A DNA stretch of 64,000 nt, from the NCBI GenBank assembly GCA_030390025.1, contig CM059431.1, forward strand, positions 158,660,001 to 158,724,000, read 5' to 3'. This document shows, piece by piece, positions 38,127-50,295 of the stretch (position 1 is the stretch's first letter; every line of letters starts with the position of its first letter). A program made the translations under genes and the position numbers. The notes under the pieces are model-generated. The model had not been told where the DNA came from and did no database searches. It was given only the letters and a program-made list of their open reading frames with translations. The stretch comes from Squalus acanthias (Eukaryota).

Positions 38127-41100
38127 AATTTCTATTACGTTGTTCATATAGTTGATTCATCTGATTTACGAATTTCTTGAGGTTCACAAAATAAAGTATC
38201 ATAAATAATATTCTAATCATTGGAGCCCATCATTGATAATACATATCAGAGAAAGATTTCACGTAAGGTAGGAGCGATTACACATGATCTATAATTGCCA
38301 TTGTTCCGCTTGAGATATCTACCCAAGAACGTTAGTCTTCGTTAGAGAGAGCCCATAAAATACAGACGTAACAGACTAAATTTAAAGTGAACTTGGTGAA
38401 CATAGATTTGAGTTACCCTATTTGGAAATCGAAATGAGCCGTTAGCTTTTTGAAATTTACAAGAATGTACTCAATTTATGTGGAGGAAATTGATACTACC
38501 ACTAGAAGAATGCCAGGGAATGCGTCAGTGCCGCTTGTAACAGATGATGGATCGTTGTTCGACATAAAAAAGGACGATTTTGACTTTGTACGATAATATA
38601 AGACTGGTGATAGAGAATTGGTTACCCATTATACATCTCTCCCAATCAAACCCAGCCCGTTTTCCATTTTGTGACAAAAATGAAAAATCACCTCATGCAG
38701 AGGAACATCACTTTTTCTCCCTTTCTTGCTCCCCTTCTTTTTTCAGGGGACGAATATCAGGTGCTTATGTTTCGCAGTTTTCTGCCCATAAAATGCCAAT
38801 ACATTTTTAAGGTAAGCGTTAAGGCATTTAAAGGCTATTTTTGTAAAATATGTCACTTGGACTTTCGATAACCTTTGCCCCGGTTAATAACATGCATATA
38901 GTTACCCAGTTCCCTTTATTGTCACCAGAGGGTGTGCCAATATGAAGGCATATGGGATACTTGCCTTCATTAGCCGAAGTATAGAATATAAGAGCAGGGA
39001 GGTTATGATGGAGCTGTACAAAAAGTTAGTTAGGCCACAGCTGGAATACTGTGTGCAGTTCTGGTCGCCACACTATAGGAAGGATGTGATTCCATTAGAG
39101 AGGGTGCAGAGGAGATTCAGCAGGATGTTACCTGTGGCTGGAGCGTTTCAGCCATGAAGAGAGAGTGGACAGGCTGGGGTTGTTTTCCTTAGAGCAGTGA
39201 AGGCTGAGGGGGGACCTGATTGAGGTGTACAAAATTATGAGGGGCATAGATAGGGTAGATAGAAAGGAACTTTTCCCCTTAGCAGAGGGTTCAATAAACA
39301 GGGGGCATTGTTTCAACGTAAGGGACACGAGGTTTAGACGGCATTTGAGGAAAAACTTTTTCACCCAGAGGGTGGTTGGAATCTGGAACTCACTGCCTGA
39401 AATGGTGGTAGAGGCAGGAACCCTCAATACATTCAAGACGCATTTAGATGAGCACTTGAAATACCATGATGCCCCATCGGACTCGCGGCAGACACAGAGG
39501 AATTCATAAGGAGAATGAGGCTCCGGCTATTCTTCCACGAATATCAAGATGTCAGCAGCGAACCCAATGAGACAATCAATGATCCGGAAGAGCAGACAGA
39601 GGGACCCGCAGTGCAGCAACCGAAGAATAAAGAGTCAAATTGGACCCATCCGGAGGGTCGCTGCCCTAAGCTTGACATGTATGCTCAAGCTGTTAGGAGA
39701 TGCATCAACGCCAGATTCATCAGCCGCACTCGCAAGACATTCCAGAATGTCACCCGAGCACAACGCAACGCCATCCACGCTCTCAAGACCAACCGTGACA
39801 TCGTCATCAAACCAGCAGACAAAGGAGGAGCAATCATCATACAGAACAGAATGGACTATTGCAAAGAAGCATACCGTAAACTGGACAACCAGGAACACTA
39901 CAGACAGTTACCCGCAGATCCGACCAAAGAACACACCCACCAACTCAATAGACAGATCAAGACCTTCGATCCAGACCTTCAAAGTATCCTACGCGCTCTC
40001 ATCCCGCGTGGGAGAATTCTACTGCCTCCCAAAGATACACAAAGCCAACACACCCGGACGTCCTATAGTATCAGGCAACGGTACCCTGGGTGAGAACCTC
40101 TCTGGATACGTCGAGTGCTTCCTGAAACCCATCGTACAGTGAACCCCCAGCTTCTGTCGCGACAATACAGACTTCCTACAGATCTCAGCAACCACGGACC
40201 AGTTGAACCAGGAACACTCCTCGCCACGATGGACTTCTCGGCACTCAACACCAGTATCCCCCACGATGATGGCATCGCTGCGACAGCCTCAGTACTCAAC
40301 ACCAACAACAGCCTATCTCCAGACGCCATCCTACAACTCATCCGCTTCATCGTTGACCACAAATTCTTCACATTCGACAACCAGATTTTTACACAAACAC
40401 ACGGAACAGCCATGGGGACCAAATTCGCACCCCAATACACCAACATCTTGATGCACAAGTTCGAGCAAGACTTCTTCGCTGCACAGGACCTCCAACCAAT
40501 GCTATACACCAGATACATCGACGACATTTTCTTCCTATGGACCCACGGCGAAGAATCACTGAAAAGACTACACGATAACATCAACAAGTTCCATCCCACC
40601 ATCAAACTCACCATGGACTACTCCTCAGAATCGGTTTCATTCTTGGACACACGAATCTCCATCAAAGACGGACACCTCAGCACTTAACTCTACCGCAAGC
40701 CCACGGACAACCTCACGATGCTCCACTTCTCAAGCTTCCATCCTAACCACGTTAAAGAAACCATCCCCTATGGACAAGCCGGGCAAGTACACAGGATCTG
40801 CTCAGACGAGGAGGAACGCGATGGACACCTACAGACGCTAAAAGACGCCCTCGTAAGAATGGGATATGACGCTCGACTCGTCGATCAACAGTTCCGACGG
40901 GCCACAGCGAAAAATCGCATAGACCTCCTCAGAAGACAAAGACGGGACACAACCAATACGTCGTCCAGTAGTTCCCGGGAGCGGAGAAACTATGCCATGT
41001 TCTTCGCAGCCTTCAACAAGTCATCGATGATGACGAACACCTCGCTAAGGCCATCCCCACGCCTCCACTACTCGCCTTCAAACAGCCACCTAACCTCAAA

Positions 41101-41564
41101 CAGACCATCGTTCGCAGCAAATTACCCAGCATTCAGGAGAACAGCGATCACGACACCACACAACCCTGCCACGGCAACCTCTGCAAGACATGCCAGATCA
41201 TCAAAACAGAGGCGGCGGACCTGGGTGGAGCAACAGCGGCGAGGCGGCAGCGGTAAAAGGCGGCAGCGACCAGGTAGGCCCACAGAGGCGGCGGACCTGG
41301 GTGGAGCAACAGCGGCGAGGCGGCGGCGGTAAAAGGCGGCAGCGACCAGGTACGCTTTCACCAAGCCGAGAGCAGGAGAGAGGTAAAAAATAATCGAAGT
41401 GTGACGTCACCAGAAAGCAGGTAAGTGATTGGTTGGTGAGTATTTCTCTTTTTTTTTATACAAAACTTCAATTTTATTGTTTCTCGGGTATCTGTGGTGT
41501 AGCAGAGACTGCTGGCATAAATTAACTGAAGGGTAAATAATAAATTTTTAATTAATTACATAGA

Positions 41565-42521
41565 ATGGGAGAGCAGGTGATGTGTTACTGCTGCAATATG
41601 TGGGAGCTGGTGGACACCATTGATGTTCACGGTGAACACATTTGCAGTAAGTGTTGGCTGCTCGAGGAACTCCGGCTCCGTGTTGATGAGCTGGAGTCCG
41701 AGCTTCAAACACTGCGACACATCAGGGAGGGGGAGAGTTACCTGGACTCCGTGTTTCAGGAGGTAGTCACACCAATTAGAGTAACAAATTCAGAAGTAGC
41801 CCGTGGTCAGGGACAGGAAGGTGTGACTACGAGTGAGGCAGGTACAGGGATCCAGGAGGTAGTGTTGGAGGAGCCGCAGCCCTTGCTCTTGTCCAACAGG
41901 TTCGAGGCTCTTACTCCCTGTGTGGATAGGAGCGGGGACTGCAGGGAGGATGAGCAACCTGGCCACAGCACCGTGGTAAGGGGGGCCATTCAAGTGGGGG
42001 GAGTAAAAAGAAATGTTGTAGTGGTAGGGGATAGTATCATTAGGGGGATAGATAGGGTTCTTTGCAGCCAAGAGCGAGAGTCCCGAAGGCTGTGTTGCCT
42101 GCCCGGTGCCAGGGTTAAGGACATCTCCTCTGGGCTGGAGAGAAACTTGGAGTGGGAGGGGGAGGATCCAGTTGTCGTGGTCCATGTTGGTACCAATGAC
42201 ATAGATAGGACAAGGAAAGAGGTTCTGCTGAGGGAGTTTGAGCAGCTAGGGGCCAAATTAAAAAGCAGAACCTCGAGGGTAATAATCTCTGGATTACTAC
42301 CTGAGCCACGAGCAAATTTGGCTAGGGTAAATAAAATCAGGGAGTTGAATGCGTAGCTCAAAGACTGGTGTGGGAAAAATGGGTTTTGCTTCTTGGGACA
42401 CTGGCACCAGTACTGGGGCAGGAGAGAGCTGTTCCGTTGGGACGGACTTCACTTGGCCAGTGCTGGGACTAGTGTCCTGGCGAATCGAATAACTGGGGCT
42501 GTGGAGAGGGCTTTAAACTAA
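41565..42521 (+). CDS. CR1 ORF1p (Cys/His knuckle, coiled coil, SGNH esterase), one premature TAG at 42354
   Basis: Motifs CYCC..HICSKC, GDSIIRG, HVGTND and DGLH; natural end ...ERALN* at 42519-42521. Confidence 0.9.
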
Positions 42522-42559
42522 TTAGTGGGGGGGAGGTTTCAAGAGAGCAAAAAATAAAA

Positions 42560-45510
42560 ATGACAACAGAGAGGGTCATAGACATAGGTAGCAGTAGGGG
42601 AATCACAAATCAGAGCGTGGCAGGAAGGGACAGAGTGTGTGGAGTAAAAGGTAAACTGGTAAAAAGTGAAAAAGCAGGAACTAAGTGCCACAAAGCATAT
42701 TTGAAAGTTCTCTATCTGAATGCACGTAGCATTCATAACAAAATAGACGAGTTAATGGCACAAATAACTACATATGGTTATGATATTGTGGCCATTACAG
42801 AAACATGGCTGCAGGGTGACAATGCCTGGGAATTAAACATACCAGGTTATTTAACGATCAGGAAGGACAGGCAGGAAGGAAGGGGAGGTGGGGTGGCTAT
42901 GTTAATAAAGGAAGGAATCACTGTAATACAGAGTAATGATATTGGGTCAAAAAATCATGATAATGAAACAGTTTGGGTGGAGATAAGGAATAATAAGGGG
43001 AAAAAAACATTAGTGGGCGTAGTCTATAGGCCTCCGAACAGTTGCAACTCTATTGGACGGAGTATCAATCAGGAAATAGTTGAGGCATGTAATAAGGGAA
43101 CATCTATAATTATGGGGGATTTTAACTATCATATTAATTGGACAAATCAAATGGGGCAGGGCTGCCTTGAGGATGAGTTCATTGAGTGTATTAGCGATGG
43201 GTTTCTTGAGCAGTATGTAACTGAACCGACCAGGGGGCAAGCAACCTTAGATCTGGTCCTGTGTAACGAGACAGGATTAATTAAAAATGTCCTAGTAAAG
43301 GATCCCCTTGGAATGAGTGACCATAACATGGTTGAATTCCATATTCAATCAGAGGGTGAGAAGGTTGGATCTCAAACAAGCGTGCTAAGCTTGAATAAAG
43401 GAGACTATGAAGGTATGCGAGCGGAATTGAGTAGAGTGGATTGGGAAAATAGATTAAAGGGTAAGACGACACATGATCAGTGGTGTACATTCAAGGAGTT
43501 ATTTTACAACTTCCAAAAAAAATATATTCCACTGAAAAGAAAAGGGTGTAAAAGAAAGGACAGTCATCCGTGGCTAAGTAAAGAAATTAAGGATAGTATT
43601 CGACTAAAAACAAGGGCATATAAGGTAGCGAAATCTAGTGGGAGGACAGAGGATTGGGAAAACTTTAAAAGGCAGCAAAAAATAACAAAAAGATTGATTA
43701 AGAAAGGGAAGATAGATTATGAAAGTAAATTAGCAAAAAATATAAAAACAGATAGTAAGAGTTTTTATAGTTATATAAAAAGAAAAAGGGTGGCTAAAGT
43801 AAATGTTGGTCCCTTAGAGGATGAGACCGGGAAATTAATGGTGGGAAATATGGAGATGGCAAAAACACTGAATGAATATTTTGTATCAGTCTTTACAGTA
43901 GAGGACACTAAGAATATCCCAACACTGGACAAACAGGGGGCTATAGGGGGAGAGGAGCTAAACACGATCAAAATCACTAAGGAAGTGGTACTCGGTAAAA
44001 TAATGGGACTCAAGGCGGATAAATCACCTGGAACTGATGGCTTACATCCTAGAGTCTTGAAGGAAGTGGCGGTAGGGATTGTAGATGTATTGGTAATAAT
44101 TTTTCAAAACTCCCTGGATTCCGCTAAGGTCCCGGCAGACTGGAAAACTGCTAATGTAACACCCTTATTTAAAAAGGGCAGTAGACAGAAGGCTGGTAAC
44201 TATAGACCGGTTAGCCTAACATCTGTGGTAGGTAAAATTTTGGAGTCCATTATTAAGGAAACAGTAACAGGACATTTGGATAATCATAATTTAATAGGAC
44301 AAAGTCAGCATGGTTTTACGAAGGGGAAGTCATGTTTGACAAATTTGCTGGAGTTCTTTGAGGAAGTAACATATAGAGTGGATAAAGGGAACCAGTGGAC
44401 GTAGTGTATTTAGACTTCCAAAAGGCATTTGACAAGGTGCCACACAAAAGATTATTGCTTAAGGTAAAAAATCACGGGATTGGGGGTAATATTCTGGCAT
44501 GGATAGAGGATTGGCTATCTAACAGAAAGCAAAGAGTTGGGATAAATGGTTCATTCTCAGACTGGCAATCAGTAACTAGTGGTGCTCCACAGGGGTCAGT
44601 GCTGGGTCCCCAACTCTTCACAATCTATATTAACGATTTGGAGGAAGGGACCAAGTGTAACATATCAAAATTTGCAGATGATACAAAGATGGGAGGGAAA
44701 GTAGTGAGTGAGGAGGACATAAAAAACCTGCAAGGGGACATAGACAGGCTAAGTAAGTGGGCAGAGATTTGGCAGATGGAATACAACACTGGAAAGTGTG
44801 AGGTGATGCACTTTGGCAGGAAAAATCCTAGAGCAATTTATTATCTTAATGGCAAGAAACTGGAGAGTACTGAAGTGCAAAGGGATCTGGGGGTCCTGGT
44901 GCACGAAACTCAAAAGGTTAGTATGCAGGTGCAGCAAGTGATTAAGAAGGCAAATGGAATGTTGGCTTTCATTGCTAGGGGGATAGAATATAAAAATAGG
45001 GAGGTATTGCTTCAGTTGTACAAGGTATTGGTGAGACCGCACCTGGAATACTGCATACAGTTTTGGTGTCCTTACTTAAGGAAAGACATCCTTGCTCTCG
45101 AGGCAGTGCAAAAAAGGTTCACTCGGTTAATCCCGGGGATGAGGGGGTGGTCATATGAGGAGAGGTTGGGTAGATTGGGACTCTACTCATTGGAGTTCAG
45201 AAGAATGAGAGCCGATCTTATTGAAACATATAAGTTTGTGAAGGGGTTGGATCGGGTGGATGCGGGGAGGATGTTCCCGATGACGGGTGAGACGAGAACT
45301 AGGGAACATAGTCTTAGAATAAGGGGCTGCTCTTTCAAAACTGAGATGAGGAGGAACTACTTCACTCAGAGGGTGGTAGGTCCATGGAATATGCTGCCAC
45401 AAAAAGCTGTAGAAGCTACAACATTAATTAAATTTAAAACAGAAATAGACAGTTTCCTAGAAGTAAAGGGCATTAAGGGTTACGGGGAGCGGGCAGGAAT
45501 TTGGACATGA
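42560..45510 (+). CDS. CR1 ORF2p (APE endonuclease + RT), one 1-nt deletion near 44388; the reading frame is also open upstream to 42512
   Basis: ORFs of 614 aa and 371 aa with YLNARS, ITETWL, GDFN, SDH, PQGSVLGP and FADD. Confidence 0.93.
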
Positions 45511-46420
45511 GTCTAGGTTCGGATCGGTCATGGCCCTGTGGGTAGTGGAGCGGGCCCAGGGACCGTGTAGCCTGATTCTGCTCCTATTTCGTGTGTGCAA
45601 TTCTGTTAGATGCAGGAGATGGTTCTGTGATAGATAGTAGATTGGCGGTTAGGATCAGATCAGCCATGATCTTATTGAATGGCGGAGCAGGCTCGAGGGG
45701 CCGATTGGCCTACTCCTGCTCCTATTTCTTATGTTCTTATGTTCTTATACCATCAACACACGTGAGGACACCACCCACCAGGTACATGGTACATACTCAT
45801 GTGACTCGGCCAACGTTGTCTACCTCAAACATTGCAGGAAAGGATGCCACGGAGCATGGTTCATCGGCGAGACCATGCAGACAATGCAACAATGTATGAA
45901 CGGACACCGCGCAACAATCGCCAGGCAGGAGTGTTCCCTCCCAGTCGGGGAACACTTCAGCAGTCAAGGGCATTCAGCCTCCGATCTTTGGGTATGCGTT
46001 CTCCAAGGCGGCCTTCGAGACACACGACAACGCAAAATCGTCGAGCAGAAACTGATAGCCAAGTTCTGGACCCATGAGGACGGCCTCAATAGGGATATCG
46101 GGATCATGTCACACTACATGTAACCCCACCTGAAGTAGAGTCATCCAGACTCGAGTCGTCGTTGGCTTGTTCTCTCTACACAGATGCGGCCGGACCTGCT
46201 GTGATTTCCAGCATCTGCCACATTTGACCCCTTGTGACCCCACCTCATTGCCTTTGATGTAATGTTTTCCTGACTGACCTGTTTGGACACCATCCACACC
46301 TTTGATTGCCGTGATTATCTCTCTGCCGAGGTGTGATAAAGGGCAGTTAGAAAGATTAACTGTAATCATCTGGCAGTGTTCTCTGACTATATATGCTGTG
46401 CCTATATGCATCTCTTCCCT

Positions 46421-46457
46421 TCACCTGACGAAGGAGCAGCGCTCCGAAAGCTTGTGA
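46421..46457 (+). ncRNA. Minimal type I hammerhead ribozyme in the Penelope pLTR
   Basis: TCAC-CTGACGA-A-GGAGC(AGC)GCTCC-GAAA-GCTT-GTGA: stem I TCAC/GTGA, palindromic AGCT stem III. Confidence 0.72.
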
Positions 46458-46935
46458 TTTCAAATAAAGCTGTTGGACTATAACCTGGTGTTGTGCGACT
46501 TCTCACATTTGAAATACCATAGCATACAAGGCTACGGACCAAGTGCTGGAAAATGGGATTAGAATAGATTGTGCTTGATGGCTGGCGGAGACACGATAGG
46601 CCGAAGGCCCTCTTTCTGTGCTGCATAAATCTATTAATCTATGACTCTATGAAGCCTGTAAGCTGATGCGCTCGGAGGAAGTAAAGCGCCTGAGGGCGAA
46701 TGCCAGGCAGTTCAAGCTGCCCAAATCGATGCACTTTCCACCAGGAGATAGTAATGTGACCTATAAAGGCCCTACAATTATCCCGGTGTCTTGAATGTGC
46801 GATTATGTAAATTAAATCTCTTTCTTTATTTTTTCCTATGTCAGCCGATGCAAAGACCTCTCACGGAATTGCTGCCATGCTTATGTAGACGCCACGGAAC
46901 TCGTTAGTACATTTCAGTAACTTATTTAAAATTAC

Positions 46936-48658
46936 CTCAGAATTTTGCATTTGTGTAAAACCCCTGTCAGTCTCTGGATCCCTTCATCTTGTATTGAGCA
47001 CATTGTCAGATCTAGTTCTTCTAAAATTTCACAAGGCGTCAGGACCGTCGCCAGTACCATGCAATCCACCGGACTAAGTTCTAAACGACAAAATGCAACC
47101 TTCTTTACAGATCCAAGCAATTTCTTCATCAGTGGTGAGTTTCGGGATTCAGACAGTAGGTAGAATGTGGCCAGAAGTTTTGTTTTATTCTCCTGTCCCT
47201 CACCCTTTTCAATCATTCGCTGAACCTCCTCTTGCAACCAATCTATCACTTTGTGGCATGTTGATTCATCGAACGAGCCCAAGTCCTTTGTTAGCTCTCC
47301 AGTTGAATATGAAGAGGAGAGACCAGCCAGGAAACGGAAGAATATCTTAAACCGATTATCACTGTCCCAGGTTGCTTTACTCAGGAGCTGTTCCATTTTC
47401 TGTGGAGTTGATTTCAGGAACAGTGAGAGAGCGGCGAGAAACTCTTGTAGTTTGAGATGAGTAAATGTGTGCACGGCACTCCTGGCTGAGTTGTGTTCGA
47501 AGATAATTTGCATCATAAACCCGGAAGTGAATTTTGAAGGTTGCAGGTTGTGACGTTTGAAATCATCATCATGAAATATCAGGGATCTCTTGCTGACTCC
47601 GTCATAGGCCATCTCCGCGAGTTTGAGTAAAAGCTCACGTCTGTTTTTAATATTACAACCTTCTCTTTTTAACAAGCTTGCCAAGAAATTTGAAAAGATT
47701 TCGGTGATAGTTTCAGGAAGTTGCCTTTCTCTTTTCTCTTGTCCTCTAAAGAGCGGGGCCAACGTGGAACAGATGATCCAGCAGTACTCGGGAATATAAC
47801 ACATGGTGTACAGGATGTCGTTCTCTTCGATGTATTTGAAAACGGCGTCCGCCATCTTGGCATACCCGAAAAATCTCCGACAATAATCTCTTCTTTCTTC
47901 TGCAAGGAAACCGAGTATCTCAGCCCAGAGATTGACATCGGATTTATTCAGCGAACCCAGGGCACTGGGTCGGCTCGTGACCAACACCGAACAACCCTTC
48001 AGTAACTTCCCCTGAACCAGACACCGGACAATATCAGACACTTCACACCGACACTCGGGATCGAAACACTGATGCTCTGGGTCCACGTTTCTCTGCTGAT
48101 CACTAAAATTGATATCCTCATGAAATGCATCTAACCCGTCAAATATAAGCAGTATCTTCGCTGGTTCTTCCCACACGCGCTCAAGGTCCTTCCCAAAATA
48201 AGGATATGAATCTAGTACTAGCTGCTTCAGACTTGTCTTCTCTTTTACGTTTCGTAATTCCCGACATTTGAAAAGAAAGACAAAGTTGAACTGTTGATAT
48301 ATTTTGCCTGCGGCCCAGTCATGGAGAATCTTCTGCACCATGGTAGTTTTACCGATACCAGCCACACCTGTTACTACCGAGGCTCCAGACAGGCTCGTTC
48401 GACCGAAACTGCTTCTGAATAATTGATTAATTCCAACTTTCTCCAGCGAATTCGTTAGGTGTTTCTTTTGCAATTTTTCGAGCTTTCTACCTGTTTCCCA
48501 AAGTTCGTCACTTACAGTTCTACCTTCCAGAGGGATTTTAATGATTATTACTTTTGTGTATCGATCTTCAAGCGAAAAAATACTTGTCCGTTCCCCACTA
48601 TTCACGTTCATCTTGTCGCATTGTTGGCGGAGAGTTTCTTTATGTTTGTTTTGAATCT
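46936..48658 (-). CDS. NLR exon 5: FISNA-like/NACHT/WH/HD2 and first LRRs (1723 nt, phase 1-2); NLRP3/NLRC3-like
   Basis: Walker A GVAGIGKTT, Walker B ILLIFDGLDA, sensor 1 VTSRP, FTHLKLQEF; boundaries gatttgcag| and CTGAG|gtaatt. Confidence 0.96.
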
Positions 48659-49128
48659 CTGCAAATCAATTAAAATTAATAAAGTCGACGGCAAAATCAG
48701 TACACGTTGAATGAGTATGCGCATAATGCCTCAAAAGATAAAACATAATGACCAGGTGACATGAAACGCAATGGTACTGTCTAATATCTATCCATACATC
48801 TCTCTATCGATATTTTTTTTGTTTGTTTCATTCTTTCTTCGTTTCTATCTTTCCTTTTTAATTTCTTTCCTTTCTTTATCTATCTATTTCTGCTGTTGTC
48901 ACTTTATTTATCCTTCCATTTATCTAGCTATAATTTTCTGTTATCTCGGTGTGTATATCTTTATCTTTCTACGTATCTATCAATATTTTCTATCAACTAT
49001 AACTATCTATCTATCTAGAATTTGGGACCTGTTGAGGATATGAAAAGCGTTATATAATTGTACGCTGTTTCTTTCATAGTAACCGAAGAGCGGTTTTATA
49101 GTACATGAAATGTTTAAACACCACGAAC

Positions 49129-49194
49129 CTTCTAAATAAGGCGGTACTTTTGACGGTATTTGGCTCCAGGTTGCTTCATATTGTAAATTACCAC
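49129..49194 (-). CDS. NLR exon 4 (66-nt linker GGNLQYEATWSQIPSKVPPYLE, phase 1-1)
   Basis: Boundaries cttttctcaatag| and GAAG|gttcgt; open and phase-compatible with both neighbours. Confidence 0.75.
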
Positions 49195-49302
49195 CTATTG
49201 AGAAAAGTGTGATTCAGATTCATCATCAACGGAATAGTACACCCGATGTTTAGGAAAATATATGTTAATATTTACATGTTGTGCAAATTAACCAGCTAAT
49301 AC

Positions 49303-49474
49303 CTTTTGCTTGCATTTCTTTCAGTATTTCCCTCAGCATTGGTATCGTACTCTGCATGTTCACAAATATTTCCCACATTGCTCTCCCTGCTTTAGCTCCG
49401 ATTGACATCACTTTTTCGAAAAGGAATTTTGAAGCTTCGGTCCTCTGTTTACTTTCCGTCAGCTCCCTGACGTG
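49303..49474 (-). CDS. NLR exon 3 (second half of the N-terminal helical domain, phase 0-1)
   Basis: Boundaries gtgtttccag|CAC and AAAAG|gtatta; peptide HVRELTESKQRTEASKFLFEKVMSIGAKAGRAMWEIFVNMQ. Confidence 0.88.
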
Positions 49475-50295
49475 CTGGAAACACAATGCAGAAAGATTCA
49501 ACCCAACATCTTGAGGTGCACCATAACAAGTTGTGTCTAATACTTGCGAGACAAATATGTCCAGCGCAGTTGTTCCAATTCGGGATGCTATGGTTATTGA
49601 CTTTACGAAATCAGCAGGTGCTGGACACACCCTGCGTGTTGAGTTATCGTCAATTCATGAGGTATTTAAAAAGCATTTTGTTCTCTTTCAGATTTCCAGC
49701 ATTTGCAGTTATTTCCGAATTATTAATTAATTCTGAAACTGAATTTGAGGATGTTTTAACATTATTAGCAATTGATAGATCAAAATTAAAACAATACATT
49801 TAATGCAGTAGATATGATACACCACAGAGTGCTGCATCAAGTAAATGAAAAATCGAGAAAACTGACATTCAAGGAGGAAATTATTCAATACGAGAGGCAG
49901 CAGTGGATTAAAAACAAGGTAACGTTGAAACACTATTTAAAACAACGACAAAAAAAAGTACATAACTGCTAATGTATTAGCTTTACCTCAAAGGCAAAGG
50001 GAGACATTGGGATCTTTATTTTATTTAATGAAGAGGCTTGTAATGACATGTAATGTCACACGAGAGACAGAGATGGAATCAGAACTGTATTACTTTTTCA
50101 ATGGGAAGTGGACAAATATTTGAAAAAAGGGAATAGAATATTGGGAAAGGGCAGCGCAAAGTGGATAGCTCTCTCAGATTGGCAAGATAAGTACCATAAA
50201 TTAAATGATCTCCTTTTGCGTTGTCGACTGCATTAGAATAATTTCAGTCATCACCAGGTGGACAGTAACTGGAGGAGCTGATAACCATCATCAAG

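Larger units (their letters stand above)
41207..45748 (+). mobile_element. Full-length, nearly intact CR1-X LINE nested in the Penelope element
   Basis: GC-rich tandem 5'UTR, ORF1, ORF2 and a (TTCTTATG)n tail; only two visible lesions. Confidence 0.97.
39468..46508 (+). mobile_element. Penelope-like retroelement (RT 39468-41205; GIY-YIG endonuclease and pLTR 45749-46508), frameshifted
   Basis: Motifs IKPADKGG, LPKIHK, GRPIVSG, GTAMG, RYIDD and NVVYLKHC...FIGET; 12-bp TSD TTGAAATACCAT at 39456-39467 and 46509-46520. Confidence 0.93.
38940..46652 (+). mobile_element. CR1 3' fragment (38940-39467 and 46509-46652) hosting the Penelope insertion
   Basis: Peptides LVRPQLEYCVQFWSP and RKNFFTQRVV; the tail resumes at 46521 and ends in (CTCTATGA). 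Confidence 0.9.

Noticed and set aside
45520..45600. HDV-like ribozyme in the CR1 3'UTR
   Set aside because: A nested double pseudoknot could not be built; better explained as a duplicated 3' module.
48771..49043. Hydrophobic 90-aa ORF
   Set aside because: Decayed (TCTA)/(TTTC) microsatellite within an NLR intron.
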